Source of the DNA: the human T2T-CHM13v2.0 reference genome, Homo sapiens
Reading direction: 5' to 3' (one strand)
Assembly (NCBI RefSeq): GCF_009914755.1
Contig: NC_060936.1
Length of the DNA stretch: 64,000 bases
Part shown: piece after piece, positions 27,205 through 42,554 of the stretch
Numbering within the stretch: the stretch's first letter is position 1
Layout of the letters: every line of letters starts with the position of its first letter
The notes under the pieces: model-generated
Told to the model about the DNA's origin: nothing
What the model saw: the letters and a program-made list of their open reading frames with translations, nothing else
Database searches by the model: none
Translations under genes and position numbers: made by a program

Positions 27205-27525
27205 AGCTATAAGAAATAGAAGTTATTAAGTCAACATCATAAATATGGAGCTAAGACTCAGAGAGAATAAGAAAGTTGCCAAAGATCACACAGGACGTAA
27301 ATGTTATAGGTGGAATTTGAACATGTGCTCTCATCGTGAGGCCCTGGTCAGAGCAGGCCTGGAGCTATAAGAAATAGAAGTTATTAAGTCAACGTCATAA
27401 GTATGGAGCTAAGACTCAGAGAGAATAAGAAACTTGCCAAAGATCACACAGGACGTAAATGTTATAGGTAGAATTTGAACATGTGCTCTCATCACGAGGC
27501 CCATGCTTAGAGCAGGCCTGGAGCT
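27205..27525. repeat. Tandem duplication (2 x ~158 bp) of a MIR-derived segment
   Basis: Copies 27205-27362 and 27363-27521, about 9 differences by eye; AGCT at both ends and at the junction. Confidence 0.95.
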
Positions 27526-27764
27526 TCTGGGTCTTTATAGGGGAATGTCTAAGTCTCACTCTCCTGGTGATTTATCCCTGTGAAGATTTTGTATCAGAAG
27601 TGAAGTTGTCTTTTTTTTTTTTTTTTTTTTTAAGAAAAAGAAGTAAGATTTCATTGCAGAATGGGTTCAATATATGTCTATGTTTCCTTCTATGTCCACA
27701 TTCGTACCCACCCTATGTCCATACCCAAACTTATACCTATTTTTATATCTTAACTTGCCTTACA

Positions 27765-27982
27765 TCAGGGTTTCTCAGCTTTGCTACTATTGACACTTAG
27801 GGCTGGATAATTCTTTGTTGCTAGGGGCTATCCTAGGCGCTACGGGATATTTAGCAGCATCTCTGGCCTCTACCCACTAGATGCCAACAGCACCATCCAT
27901 CAGTTGTGGCAACTCACTAGACATTGTCAAATGCCCACTAGAGGGCAAAATTACCATCTCCTGCCCCAACTGAGCACCACTG
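27765..27982 (+). mobile_element. MER20 hAT-Charlie DNA transposon
   Basis: cagggtttctcagctttgctactattgacac...ggcctctacccactagatgcc...gagcaccactg. Confidence 0.85.
27935..27946 (+). promoter_or_regulatory. CTCF core motif within MER20
   Basis: CCACTAGAGGGC fits CCASYAGRKGGC; motif only, no occupancy data. Confidence 0.5.
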
Positions 27983-29579
27983 TCCAAGAGTAGCAACATG
28001 ACAAAGTGGACCCTTGGTTTGGCTAAAGCTCTAAGATCACAGATTTCAAAGGATCTCCAAATATCAAAGCAGAGTACTAAATCACTTAGGCAAGATTTTC
28101 AAAGGAAGTCACTGAAAACCAGATAGTTGTCCTGATGGCCTTCACTCAAGAGGCAACTCAAGGAAGGCCCCTGCAAAGTGATGTTGCAGAGCAAGCCTCC
28201 TTCACCCCCACTTAGAGCCCAAGTCATGACTTCTTTCCCGATTTCTTCTTTCCATTTATTCTTGGCCTGTTCAGGAAGGAGATGGCAGCATCCATGGTTC
28301 TCTCATTTATCTTCTTAGTCATTTTGTTTATTACTCTACAAGCCACCCTGTTCCTATCTAATCAGGGGGCTGCTTCCTGTTTTTGTTCACTGCCATTCGC
28401 CCTGCTGGGGCGATTTTTATCATCAAACAGTATGAAAATAGAATGTTAGAAATTGGCACCCTTCTCCTGTTGAGAGGCCATGAGGCTGGCCAGTGCTTGG
28501 GCAGAAGATACGGAAACAGCACAAGACCCAGGCATGCATTGTCTGCAGGACAAACACCCAAGCATGCCTCTAGTTCCCTTCACATGGACTCCTCTCAAAA
28601 AATAAAAATAATGATGCAATTTGTTTAAACCTGAAGACATGTATTTACAAGCCCTTCATGGCCATTCTTCCTGGAGAGTGGAGGGAATTTTCATAGTTTG
28701 ATGAATGGGTTCCGTCTGCCATCTGAAATGTACGCAAAGGTGGGCATTCCCATTCAAGGGTGGCTCTCCACTTCCGTTTTGGTTCAATGCCTGTAGTCCG
28801 GAAGGAGCCTTGGTTCTCAGTAATGCAGGAGAATGGAGGTGTGTGGGTGAGGACTCGTTGACTCCAGATCTCTGGAAGAGCAGGAAAACTTAATGACGTG
28901 GATGTCTTAAAAGACTTTTTCTATAGGCCCAACAGTTTTGCTATCGCATGACCTTAGATGACTCATCAGATGCCTGATGGAAGAAAGGGGAGTAGTGCTC
29001 AAAATCTGTTCCATTAGTCTCCCTCTGTGACTTCTAATTCAAAGTGTTGAGTCAGTGCTTATGTGTCAAGCACCTATTGAGTGCCTGGCATAAGAAGAGC
29101 TGCTTCAGGGGAAGAGCAAGAAACAAGTCCAAGAAGGAAAAAGCATAGTTTCTATGTAGTGAATAGTTTCTTATTTTTCAAGACTCAGCCAATTTTCCAT
29201 TTCTTGTACAGTTTCATTGATAAACACTGCTTGTCCATTTCTTCCTGTAAAATGACTCCAAGTTCAAATATCCCGGTGATATAATTTATTACATGTCATT
29301 AGGATGCTGACCTATCGCTGTACATGTATGGCTTACATGCCTTCACTTGCCATCCCAGACCGATCGTAAACATGGTTAATTAATCAACACGTTCTTTTCC
29401 CTATTTATTGCTGTGGCCTTAGAATCCTTCCAGACAGCATCCTAAAGTAAAAAAATGCTACCTCCTTGTCCCCATTAGAAGCTTCATTCCAGCAAACACT
29501 ATTATCAGCTAAGCAAAGAGCCAACTAGCTGAATTAATTCACGCTGGCCTACAAATAGCTCTTAACCTTTTCCGTTCTT

Positions 29580-29724
29580 TAGTATTGCCAGATAAAATAC
29601 AGAACTCCCAGTTACGTTTCAATGTCAGGTGAACAATAAAGAAAAGAAAATTATTAGCTGTTCCTCTGAATTTCAAATTTAACTGGGAGTCCTATGTTTT
29701 TACTTTTGAAATCTGGCATTGCTA
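29580..29724. mobile_element. MER53 palindromic hAT MITE with central deletion
   Basis: ttgccagataaaatacagaactcccagtta ... taactgggagtcctatgttttt...atctggca inverted arms. Confidence 0.8.
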
Positions 29725-30416
29725 CCTAACATCCACTTTCGAAAACAGTGTTGTGAGGCTTTAAACTATGTAAATCTGTGATGTTGCCATTTTAGGCCTG
29801 GGCGACAAAGAGGTGAGACTTTTACTAGTAGATGTTGGGAGGAGAAATAATTTAGGGCCTGCTGGAATAGGAAAAGAGAGCCTTTCTTTGTCCTGAAATT
29901 GCAACCCATCTTCCTACTCTGCCTATAGACAAGCAGCAGGTATGGAGACACATCAGGATTCAATAGCTTTTGCATGAATAACCCCTTCAACATTGCTTTG
30001 GGAATGGGAGCTGGAAAGACAACCTGTCTCTAGCCAAGTTTTTCTGTCACCAGTTCTATCTTTGAGGATGTGGATTCCGCCCCGCCTGGAGAGAGCTCAG
30101 TGGCAAGGATCAGGTGGGAAGAAGAGGTGCATGACTGGAGGGGATCTTAAAATATCTGCGCACAATTTAAGGTGCTGAAAGCCAAGATGAAAACACCCCT
30201 CTGCATTTGAATGGGCTGTGTCCACATTGCCTTCTCAGACAGAGCTGGTAAAGACCAGCTTTACCTGTTATGTGCAGGTGTAGCCTTCCTGCTTGCCCAG
30301 CAGATGAATGTTCAGATGAATGCACCATGCCCTGCAAGGTGTACCATCCCCTGATTTTAAAGTATGCGGAGGAGGGCAGGTGGGCATGGCATTTGATAGA
30401 AGTTCTCCATCTCTGC

Positions 30417-30594
30417 CAGTAGTTCCCAAACTATGCTGCACATTAGAGTCACACGGAGAGGTCTTCTCAATCTTAATACTCAAGTTGCTCCTCAGACCAA
30501 TCCAATCAGAATGCCTGGGGCTGGAGACCAGGAGTCCACATGACTTGAAGATCTCCTGGTGATTCCAATATGCAGTCAAGTTTGGGAGCTACTG
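30417..30594. mobile_element. MER5A-like DNA transposon
   Basis: TIRs cagtagttcccaaact...agtttgggagctactg; aatcagaat core. Confidence 0.8.
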
Positions 30595-31611
30595 GTCTAT
30601 GTTTAACACGTTTTTTCTGCTCCAGTGAACACATCCTCAGCTAGACATCCAGGGATATGACCGCAAGGGAGAAGTCGCCCTTCCTTGTCCGGCCAGGGGG
30701 AGGAAGATCGAGGAGGGAGGGGGTCCCCTCAGGATAGAGTCGCATTGTTTTGTATCAGTTTCTGGCTTTCTAGCTTGGCCACGCTGGCAGAACAAAGAAG
30801 GCTTCATGCAGACAAAAGCGCACTGTTTCACCTAATGAGGAACAGTTGAGAGGTCTGGAGACAGCACCCCATCAGTGCGGGACAGAGGGCGGCAGAAGAC
30901 AGGGTTGTCAGGCCGGCCTAATGAAGACCAGTTGAGAGGTGCCGGCCAGACACCAGACTCGCCTTTCTTTGTGAGCCCCCAACACCCTCCCCCTGCCACC
31001 TTTCTGTCTCAAGAGGCTTGGCCTTGCTTCCAGAAACAGAGAGAGACATGCTTAGATTCATCTGTCACAGTGATGGATCCTGACCCCGTGACCTCTTGAG
31101 CCATGCCCTCCGGCCTCTGGATTTGACCTTTCCAAAGAGGCCCCAGTCTTCGACCAGAAGGTCCCTATTGACTACCTGCTAGTGGCCACCTGCTGAAGCA
31201 GCCCCTGAGAAATTAAAGCCGGCAAATGGTTCACCAGGGACTCTTTGAGGCTTTGCAGGAGTGCTGTGTCCGGGGCCCATGAACCAATCTCTCTAATTAT
31301 CTGCTGCAGGATGCCTTTTGACTTGCAGCTTCAATGAACTGCAGGGCTTTTAAAAAGCAGCACTGTGAGATCAAGAAAGAAGAAGAGAGTTGTTAGAAGG
31401 GCCTTTGGGGTTCCCTCCTTGCTTTAAGAACTCCCTGGGAAGTAGAGAACATGTGCAACTGGGTGAGCTGGGAGGATTTTGCTCTCCAAGGACTCTAGCT
31501 TTCAGAAACACAGCCAGCTTCAACTAAAGACCCTACTTTTGGGCCTTTCCTGGAATGTAGCTCTACTAGCAGAACTGTATTTACCCAGAACCTGAGCCCC
31601 TACCTAGGTCA

Positions 31612-32030
<419 letters not shown>

Positions 32031-32077
32031 ACTGAATTTGAGTAAACTGTGTCTTCCCCAAATAAAGAAAAGTGATG

Positions 32078-32586
32078 GTATATCAGTTATCTATTGCTAT
32101 ATAACACATTCCCCCAAACTTAGAGGCTTCACACAGCAAACATTTATCATCTCAGTTTCTAAGGGTCAGAAATTCAGGAGTGGCTTAGCTGGGTGGATCT
32201 GGCTCAGTGTCTAGGTTGTAGTCAAGATGTCACCCAGGGCTGCAGTCATCTGAAGGCTCAACTGGGGCTGGAGAATCTGCTTCCAAGATGGCACCCTCAC
32301 ATGGCTGCTGGAAGGAGTCCTCAGTTCCTCACTGAATGGGCCTCTCTCAGAGTGGCTTGAGCATTTTCATAACATGGTCACTGGCTGCTTCCCTCAGAAT
32401 AAATGATGCAAGAGAGAAAGCAAGGAGGAGCTGCATTGCCTTTTACGACCTAGCCTTGGAAGTGACAATCTGACATTTCCACAATAACCTATTGGTTTTG
32501 CAGGTCATCCCTATTTAGCATAAGAGAGGAGTATAAAAGTGTGTGAGTACAAAAAGGCAAGACTCACCTTGGAGGCTGGCTACCCA
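32078..32586 (-). mobile_element. MLT1F/G-like MaLR LTR
   Basis: tatcagttatctattgct...ggcttagctgggtgg...gcttccaagatggc...ttggaggctggctacc. Confidence 0.85.
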
Positions 32587-33019
32587 GGAGGGACCTTGTT
32601 TACCACCCTCCTCTGTAACATAACAACTTACTGATCCTGTGGCTACTTCCTTTCCACACTTTGAGATACATTTTGGTATTATCTGAAGGGTGAGTCTCTT
32701 TGCCACCTCCCTCCTCCTCCCTCCACCATATTAAACAGGAATCTGGCTGGCCAGGAGGTCTGAAAACTTGCAGCTTGGGAAGTAGCAGGAACAGAGAGCA
32801 CTGGAAAGCACAAATGTCCTTTGCTGTTCAGCCTCCATGATTTTGGTGCCCACATCCTCATTTAAGGGAATTTCAAGCCTATGACAAGAGGAGCATTGGT
32901 ACAGCATTCATTTTGTAACTGATTTATTCCATATAGATCTCCCAAGAAACTCTAGCTTATACATTTTCTCATCAGTAATTATGGATAATTCACCCACCAT
33001 GCACATAACAAGACAGTGA

Positions 33020-33245
33020 ATAGCTGCTACTATTTACTCATTGTTTACTGTGTGCTGGACCCTTGACTAAGGGCTTTGCTTGTCTTACCTCATTTCATTC
33101 TCATAAGCCTTGGAATGTAGGCATTATTATTTTCTTAGTTTATAGTGAATGAGATTCAGAAAGGTTGAAACTTTTCCACTCTCACATGGCTACTAGGTTA
33201 GGATTTGAAAGCAAATGTGTAAAATTGGAGTCTGAGTTTATAACC
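33020..33245 (-). mobile_element. MIR
   Basis: tatttactcattgtttactgtgtgctgg...gagattcagaaaggttgaa...ggatttgaa. Confidence 0.7.
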
Positions 33246-33300
33246 ATGATAATGAACAAGTTTGAATATAGGAGAGGGAGAGGTAGAAATAGACATCCAA

Positions 33301-33717
33301 TGTGTTGGTTCATTTTGGGTTGCTATAAAGGAATACCTGAGACTGGGTAATTTATGAAGAAAAGAGGTTCATTTTGTTCATGGTTCCACAGGCTGTACAA
33401 ACATGGTGCTAGCAACTGCTTGGCTTCTGGTGAGGACTGGTGAGGAGCTTTTATCCATGGCAGTAGGTGAAGGGGGAGCAAGTGTGTCACATGGCAAGAG
33501 AGAGGGTGCAAGAGAGAGAGGGAGGGGTGCCACACTCTTTTAAACAACCAGTTCTCACATAAGCTAATAGAGGGAAAACTTACTCATTACTACAAGGAGG
33601 GCAACAAGCCATTCATGAGGGTTCCACCCCCGTGACCCAAACACTTCCCACTAGGCCCACGCTGGTAATCAAATTTCAACATGAGATTTGAAGGAGACAC
33701 ATATTCAAACCATATCA
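33301..33717 (-). mobile_element. Full-length MSTB-like solo LTR
   Basis: gttgctataaaggaatacctgagactgggtaatttat...aacatgagatttgaaggagacacatattcaaaccatatca. Confidence 0.9.
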
Positions 33718-33771
33718 TCCCCTAACATCCACTCCACACTCATGGCCCAGTGATTTTAGGATTGATTTCTG

Positions 33772-34150
33772 CTGTGGCATTGCAGGTTGGGTTCTTTGGA
33801 AGCTAATTCTGAGATGGAAATTATCATGTGGGATATTTTTTAGGGAGCGCTCTTGGGATTGACATTTTCAGAAGAGAGGGAAGAAACCAGGGTCAGGTGG
33901 AGATAGAGGCTGAGCTTCTGTGTAGTCCCAGGGATGCCCTCAGTCAACCCTATGGGGTGTTAGGGAGCTGAGATGGCCCTTCAAAGATGTCCCAAGTTGG
34001 AGTGAGAAGTCTGGTCTCGTACCCTTGTGTTGACCAGTCACTGACTGCCCTCCTTGGAAATCTCCAAAGAGAGGGGATATCTGTGGATCACCCATCAGCA
34101 GAACTCCTAACAATGGTGGGAATAAATTCTTTATTTGTGAAGGGGATCAC
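33772..34150. mobile_element. LTR33-like ERVL LTR
   Basis: aggttgggttctttggaagctaattctgagatgg...gctcttgggattgaca...gagatggcccttcaaagatgtccc. Confidence 0.6.
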
Positions 34151-34459
34151 AACATTCTGTATCAGCTTCTAATCTAATTGAGAAAGTCACACATACTCAT
34201 AGAACAGACTCACAGATGAATGGAGACACATACACACTCTCCCACACTCATCGTTGGCAATTCCACGCAGCAGTAGACGATAAGTTCAGCTATAGGAACT
34301 TAAATAACTGTTCAGAGGAGGGGAGAAAATGCATTTGAGAATTTCACAGAAATTTTTATTTCCTCTGAACTATCCCTGATTATCAGTGTTAAATCCTTCT
34401 ACCTCTGCCCTCAGCACAGTTACATCCAACTGATAAGCAGAATACCAATAAGCATGGTA

Positions 34460-34660
34460 CACAATGCAACAATATATACAGATTCACAACAGAACACACT
34501 CAGTATTGTACACCTGCATACAAACACAATTCACTCACACACACACCCTCAAGTGTGCACAATATCCATATACACGTATGCATATATTCACAGCACACAC
34601 TCATTTAAACACAACGCATAGCCACACACTCCCAAAGTGCTGCATACATACACAAATGTA
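34460..34660. repeat. Degenerate (CA)-rich tract
   Basis: Direct reading; a pure (CA)n also lies at ~34968-34994. Confidence 0.75.
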
Positions 34661-37600
34661 GACAGTGAAGTTTGTCTAAACTCAGCAAGATAATTTGATA
34701 AAGATAAAATTATCTTTGAAAAATCTATTAAATTGCCACACTATGAAAGACACGTGGGGAATTGGACAAGTTATGGGAACAACAGAGACGTATCTTACAC
34801 CCTCTGTGTAGCGTAAAGTGTTTATTAAACAGAGTGGTGAGCAGAGATCTGACTATATTATTTACTATTCTCACTCTCCTCTCTCTCTTTCTCTGTCAAT
34901 AGTTGAGTTTGTGTCAGATAAATAAGCACATATTTCTCTACTACATCACATTACGTGGACACAAACAACACACACACACACACACACACACACACCCCCC
35001 TCAACAATGGATGAGAATTCCAGAAAAGACGGAAGCCAAGAATTTCTTCCTTTCCTGTCGGACTTTTCCTTCATCCCAGTTCCAAGTCATCTCATCAGTA
35101 AAGACCCCCCCAAGTCATGGAGTGAAGAGGTTGATGCTGTGCTCACCACCTTCACATTGGTCGCCAAGTCTACAAACCTAGTTGTCAATAAGAAGAGAGT
35201 GTGGAAGGAGATTTCCAGGCCCAGTGAAGCCCTCTGTATTTATTGCCAGCCAGCCTCTTATCCCAGGAGCAAACACTTTGTAGTCTGAAGGGGCCATCTC
35301 AGATCAAACAGGGTTACCTCCTCAACTTCACTCATAATTGGAACAGTGCTTTCTTTTCCTGAAGCAGTTAACTCTTTTCCTCCCTTTCCCTGAACTCTCT
35401 CTTTGCCTGTTCAACTTCTGTTGTTTTGAGCAGAGAACCCCATCCCCATGACTGTGTCATTTCCCTTCTCTGGAAGGTCCATCTGTGCTGGGGGCTGCCC
35501 ATCTGCACATTCACCCTTCATCTGTCATCAAGGGCTTCCTTCCATCCCCAAGTCCCATTTCGACATTCTCCTGCTTCACTACAGCCCATAACTCTCAGGC
35601 AAGTGGATTAACATGGTAATTTATCTGCAAAATTCCTTGAGTGAGGGATGAGGAGGGAGGAAGCCCAAGAGAGACCCTTGTCCCTGAATATTGAGTGGTT
35701 ATTCTGTACACTAAGTAAATGATAAAACAAGCTCTGGGGTTTGGGGTAGGGGGAGGTGAAGGAACGGTTTGGGTTCAGTAAGGGGATGTTGTCATTCTGG
35801 AAAGTTCCAAGATTTGCTCTCCTTCCTCTGCCCAAGCTATATAAATAACCTGGCCCATTTTGGTTGGTGATCTCACTCTCAGATTACCCATTGCTACCCC
35901 AACTCACGCTTCTTATTTTGGAGATCCCCTGACTGGTATGGTGATGCCTGGTGGTTTCATTAGTAACCACTTGGCCATACTTAGGAACAGCATTGAACAG
36001 AAGACCAAAGGAACTGTCTTCCTGTTCCACCATCAAGGTGGGGGTGAGGGAGAAAATAGGAGGAAGAGATGGAAACAGAAAGTGTGACCAGTATCTCTCC
36101 TCAGCCTGAGCTGGGCTATGATAGTCCGAGATTAATATGCCTGAGGATTCCATATTAACTAATAGTGAATAGCCCTATTTATTCACAACCTGTACCTCCT
36201 TCTATTGTGGGTGACTTTTCTACTTGTCGGGAAGTGATAATCCAATGACACCCACTCTCCTTGGATGGCTTAGATTCCCACGCTATCTGTAAGCCAGCCA
36301 GTCTAGACCAAGGGCACAGTTTGCTAATGTAACACAGAAAGGGGCCAAGACATGTTTTCTCACCTCTCTCTAGCCCTCCACTTAATTTTGGCATTTCAAG
36401 GACTCCAGAACATTAGGGAGGAGGAAGGTGGCAATGCCTGTGGTACATAATAAAAGTGCAGAGGGAATGTCTAGAGCAAGATGATGGCCTTTGAGTTGTG
36501 TGGCTTCTAATCCCAATTTAGACCCAAGTTAGGAGGCCCCCTAAAAAAGTGATGTGCACTTTATTGGGGGAGGGCTGAGTCCTCCGTGAATATCCGTCCT
36601 GTGGGATGTGGGTTCTTCCTGTTGAATTATCTAGAAGTTGCAGAAGCTTGGGAAGCTGAGATGAGAGAATAAAAATAATGAATGGGAGAATAAAAATAAG
36701 CATGTGAGAGAGAGTAGAGAAACTGGTCAGGTGGTGATAGAAACAAAGCCCTTCATCTTCTCTAAGTTCCAGCTGTTGGCTCAAAAGACTTCGGGGTGAT
36801 ATTCTGAAATTAAGCTCAGAGTTCAGCAAAGAGTCCTTGCTGCAGGGTTTTTTTAATCCCCCATGGTTTACCCCTCTCCACTTAAAGTACCCCCCGCCCT
36901 GCACTGCCCTTTATTGCCTCTGTTTCAAAAGGGTGTCAACAAGCCATTGGAGATCAATACACATTAGTCCATCTGTTTTCACTTTGAGGTGCCACATTCA
37001 GCATATGTCTTGCAATTCTTCTGACTGATTACTCTAAGCACTGACAGTTTGACTTTGAGTTGGAGTTCTCTTCCCTTATCTGCAGTTATAGTTTAACTTG
37101 TAGTCAACCAAGTTTTCCATAACAGTTCTGGTTACGAAAGACCATTTTTGATTAAATCAGAGAGTTAAGTCGCACGCTCCCATCCCAAAGCATTGTACCA
37201 TAGTGATGTTCTCTAGCCCCTCAAGTTTGTTAATCGCTTTTTATTACCAGCTACCCAAAGTCTGACCCAATGCAAATCCACTTATTTATACACATTTATA
37301 TCTACACAACTGTTCTAATTCCTCGAGGTGGCCAGATGCCAGTGTAACTAGTTGAATTTGGAAGATCAACCAGTGCACAATGAAATGAGGTGAAGACTAA
37401 ATTCAGTCTGTGGCCTCTCCAAATGCATTAAGTTAGTTATCGATGAGCAGACTTTGGAGGGCACGAATAACAGTGCTCCAATAAGCAATATTATATATAT
37501 AAAATATAATTTTATAATAGGAATTGTCTCCCACTGTTCCAGCCATTAATTCCTGAATAAGAAAGACATGGGGTCAGATGACTGGGATTTGGGATATTTC

Positions 37601-38261
37601 AATGGTTGAGTTTGTGGATGCAAAAGTACAAATTACTGAAGGCTGGCCAAAACCACATCATGAAACCCCTAATTACTCATGCCGCCAAGTGGCATTTTAG
37701 CACAGATAATACAAAAATGAATATCCAAGATGTCATTTATCTTTGGTTTTGGGTTATGTGCTATGACTGTTTCTTTTTGCATCATATTTTCCACATTCAA
37801 TATTATTATTATTATCATTATTATTAACTTTACATCACCTCACAGCATTGCAGAATTGCAGAGACAGAGGAGATTTGGTGGATTAGTTGGTCTCATAATT
37901 TTCAAACTGTTTATTGAAGGTTCAGTGTTCTGGAAAGAAGTCTTGGGGAGTAAGGGAAGGACAATTGGGGATGCAGGTCCCGTGTTATACAGATTGCAAA
38001 CTGAGTCCCAGGGAGGAAGTGAGACCTCCTAAGCTGGTTAGTGCCACAGCTGGTACTAGAACCTTGATCTTCTGGTTCTTAGAAAAAACAAGTATCTATG
38101 GTTTTAAGGTTTAAGAGGATCATTCCAAAAATGCAAACCAATCTCAAAACCTGACTAATAAAACTCATAGAGCTTTGAAAGGTTTGGTCCAAGAATCACA
38201 GCAAAAACATTTCAAATACAAAATGTTTAATAGTGGTTTTAGACATTTGAGTTATCATCTA

Positions 38262-39272
<1,011 letters not shown>

Positions 39273-39358
39273 AAGAGAGAGAGATGAGAGAAAAATTCAG
39301 AGTCATACTGAGAGACATAAAAACAGAATGTCACAGACAGAATAAGAAAAAGATCTGT

Positions 39359-39653
39359 GGCCGGGCACGGTGGCTCACGCCTGTAATCCCAGCACTTTGG
39401 GAGTCCAAGGTGGGTGGATCACGAGGTCGGGAGTTCAAGGCCAGCCTGGCCAAGATGGTGAAACCCTGTCTCTACTAAAAATACAAAAATTAGCCGGGTG
39501 TGGTGGCGGGCACCTGTATTCCCAGCTACTCGGGAGGCAGAGGCAGAGAATTGCTTGAAACTGGGAGGCAGAGGTTGCAGTGAGCCGAGACTGCACCACT
39601 GCACTCCAGCCTGGGCAACAGAGCAAGACTCCATCTCAAAAGAAAAAAAAAAA
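39359..39653 (+). mobile_element. AluS (Sg-like)
   Basis: Full dimer; TSD aaaaagat(c/t)tgtg. Confidence 0.95.
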
Positions 39654-39724
39654 AGATTTGTGATAGTCCCTAAATGGTAAAAATAAAAACACCCTCCTAG
39701 CTCTGAAGAGAGAAGGATCAAGAT

Positions 39725-39935
39725 TCCCATCCTGGCTCCACCGCATACTGGTGCAAGATTTAGGGCAAGACTTGCCAGCTCTTCACGGTACTACTTCTTC
39801 TTCAGTAAAATACATAAATAATACAATATCTTTCTGGGAGACTTGTGTTGAGAATTTCATGAGATAATATACAGAAAGTGTTTCAGAGAATGCCCAATGC
39901 ATAAGTAGGTGTTTAAGAAATGGGAGCTATTATTA
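39725..39935 (+). mobile_element. MIR
   Basis: atcctggctccacc...agggcaagac...gagaatttcatgagataatat. Confidence 0.65.
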
Positions 39936-39953
39936 TTGCTATGATTATTTTAA

Positions 39954-40403
<450 letters not shown>

Positions 40404-42544
40404 TGACTTTCTATAAAAGTCTCCATATATTTCAGGAGTAATTTTCAAGTACAGTAACTCTCAAATGTAGGATGCCATTGCTGTCATTGCATTGATTATT
40501 GAGAAAATAAATAAATAGCAAAACAATGCAAGGAATAGTCATCATATCCCGAGTTTCCAGATGCACGATCTTCTCTCAGTGAAAGGAATGAAATTCTTTT
40601 TTCATCTTTCAGACTTGGCTTATTAAAGTAATTTCCACCAAGTTGTTTCTGGCAGTTAATAAGGAGAATTTTAATTCACAGAGGAAACAGAGGAAAGGGG
40701 AAGGAAGCGAATATCTGCCTTCTATAAATCAGACTCTTTAAGGCATTGATTTCATTAAATATTTAAAATAATCCAATGATGTTCAGATTAGCGTCTCCAT
40801 GTTACACAGCAGGACAGTGCGACTTCAGATGATAAAACTTCCTGCCTAATGTGACACAGCCAGAAAATGGCAGAGTGAAGCCACACTGCTTGGGCCCACC
40901 CAAGAATTTAATCTTCTCAGCCAAGAGCATTAAGAAAAATAACAAACAAAAGAGGTGGCATGATTCCATCCAGGAAAGACAGTAGCACCTGAAAATCCAG
41001 AATTTTCAGGGTGTGGTTCCATGGGCAGCTTAAAGGGAACACAATGGCCCCCACCAAGGTGGCTTGTTTCACTTTCCTTGTCTTCTCCACAGACCAGCAG
41101 AAGGCCCCACCGGAGATAAAGCTCAGAATGTACAAATCCCAAATTTACCCAGCCCAGGAATATCCAGAGACCAATAACTTCCTGGTCTCCCAATCTGGCG
41201 GTCTCCTTTTCTTTGATAACCACCCCAGTTGTTTTCATTTCTCATTTCTTTTTCTTGCATGTAACCATTGGCTTGTTTCCATGCCACCCAGCTCCTACAA
41301 TAGAAGCGATGTGAGATTTTCTGCTACAGCAACATTCTTCGGGTGTTAAAGTTGCTTTGTTTTAAAAAGCCTGATGGTGGCTTAGCCACAGAAGAATGAA
41401 CATGACGCCTTGGCTCCTTGCTGGGGAGGCACCCGTGGGATGGTGTCACCTGTCACTGGGAGACAAAGAAAGTCGTGCTCTGTCACTCTTTGGGTGGCAA
41501 TTCTGTTGAAGTCACTGACCCTGCTTCCTCAAATTTTGCCTCTGCATCTGATGGGGTGCAGGCTTTTTTAGGGTTCTTTTCCAGATGTCTTTTGTGAACG
41601 CCACCCTCTGAGACAGAGATATGGGGTTTTAGGATACCTGCTTTAGTGCCTTTTATGACTTCATCTTTCTGCTTGCTGCTCTTGAGAAAATGGACTTCAC
41701 ACAATAGGGAGATTTATGACTCTTCCTAGCAGCTTTCACAGAAAGAGTTAGCAGAGTGAATGAGGAAACGTCTTTTCTCTTTTTGCCCATACCAGCATTT
41801 CGGGGTGTGAAGACAGTGTGCTGAGTCTTCTTGTTTATAAATCTACTTTCCATGAGCCTTCAGATAAAGGAGAACTAGTTTTATTTAAAGCAAGCTAATA
41901 GTGTTAATTATGAGAAATATGATAAAGTTTTTTAAAAACCCTAGTGATTAACAAAAGACCAATACTGAAATTATAAAGAAGAAAATTCTAGAATCTTCCT
42001 TGGTGACACTCAATTCATGTGTAATCCAAATACCCAAGCATTTGGTATTGCATTCTACAATTATTTGTCAAATGTCTGCTACACATTAGGCACTGTGATA
42101 GGCAGCAGATACACAAGAACAAACCAGATAGGCGTGGTTTCTCAGGGAGTTGATTAGCTACTGAAGAGGACAGACACTAGACGCTACACAATAAATTTGG
42201 TCTATTGAAGAGAGGGTCCTAACTCACTGGAAATCAATGAGAGTGCTCAGGATGAAGTGATGCTCAGAGACTCCTGTACCTTGTCCTCTTTCTCCATTGT
42301 GTTGGGCCCAAGATTAAATGGTAACATCAAAAAGCTTAATTCTCTAACCCAGGAGATTCCATGATCATGAAGGTGATGATAAACCCTTTCAGCTCGGGAC
42401 CATCCATCATATCATGACACTCAGAGGTGATGTCAAATCTTTGATATCAAATTTTTTTTGAAGTTCATTTTCTGTCATGATATAATTGTTGGGTCTAGGT
42501 CTGCCTTTCTATTTTATATTGGAGAGTATTCGGTGATGGAGGGG

Positions 42545-42554
42545 TGTGTGTGTA

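Noticed and set aside
27205-27525. Direct repeats as a CRISPR-like array
   Set aside because: Only two adjacent copies, no spacers, MIR-derived, and the context is primate.
35830-35850. TATA-like ctatataaataa as a promoter
   Set aside because: Isolated motif with no supporting CpG context or downstream exon.
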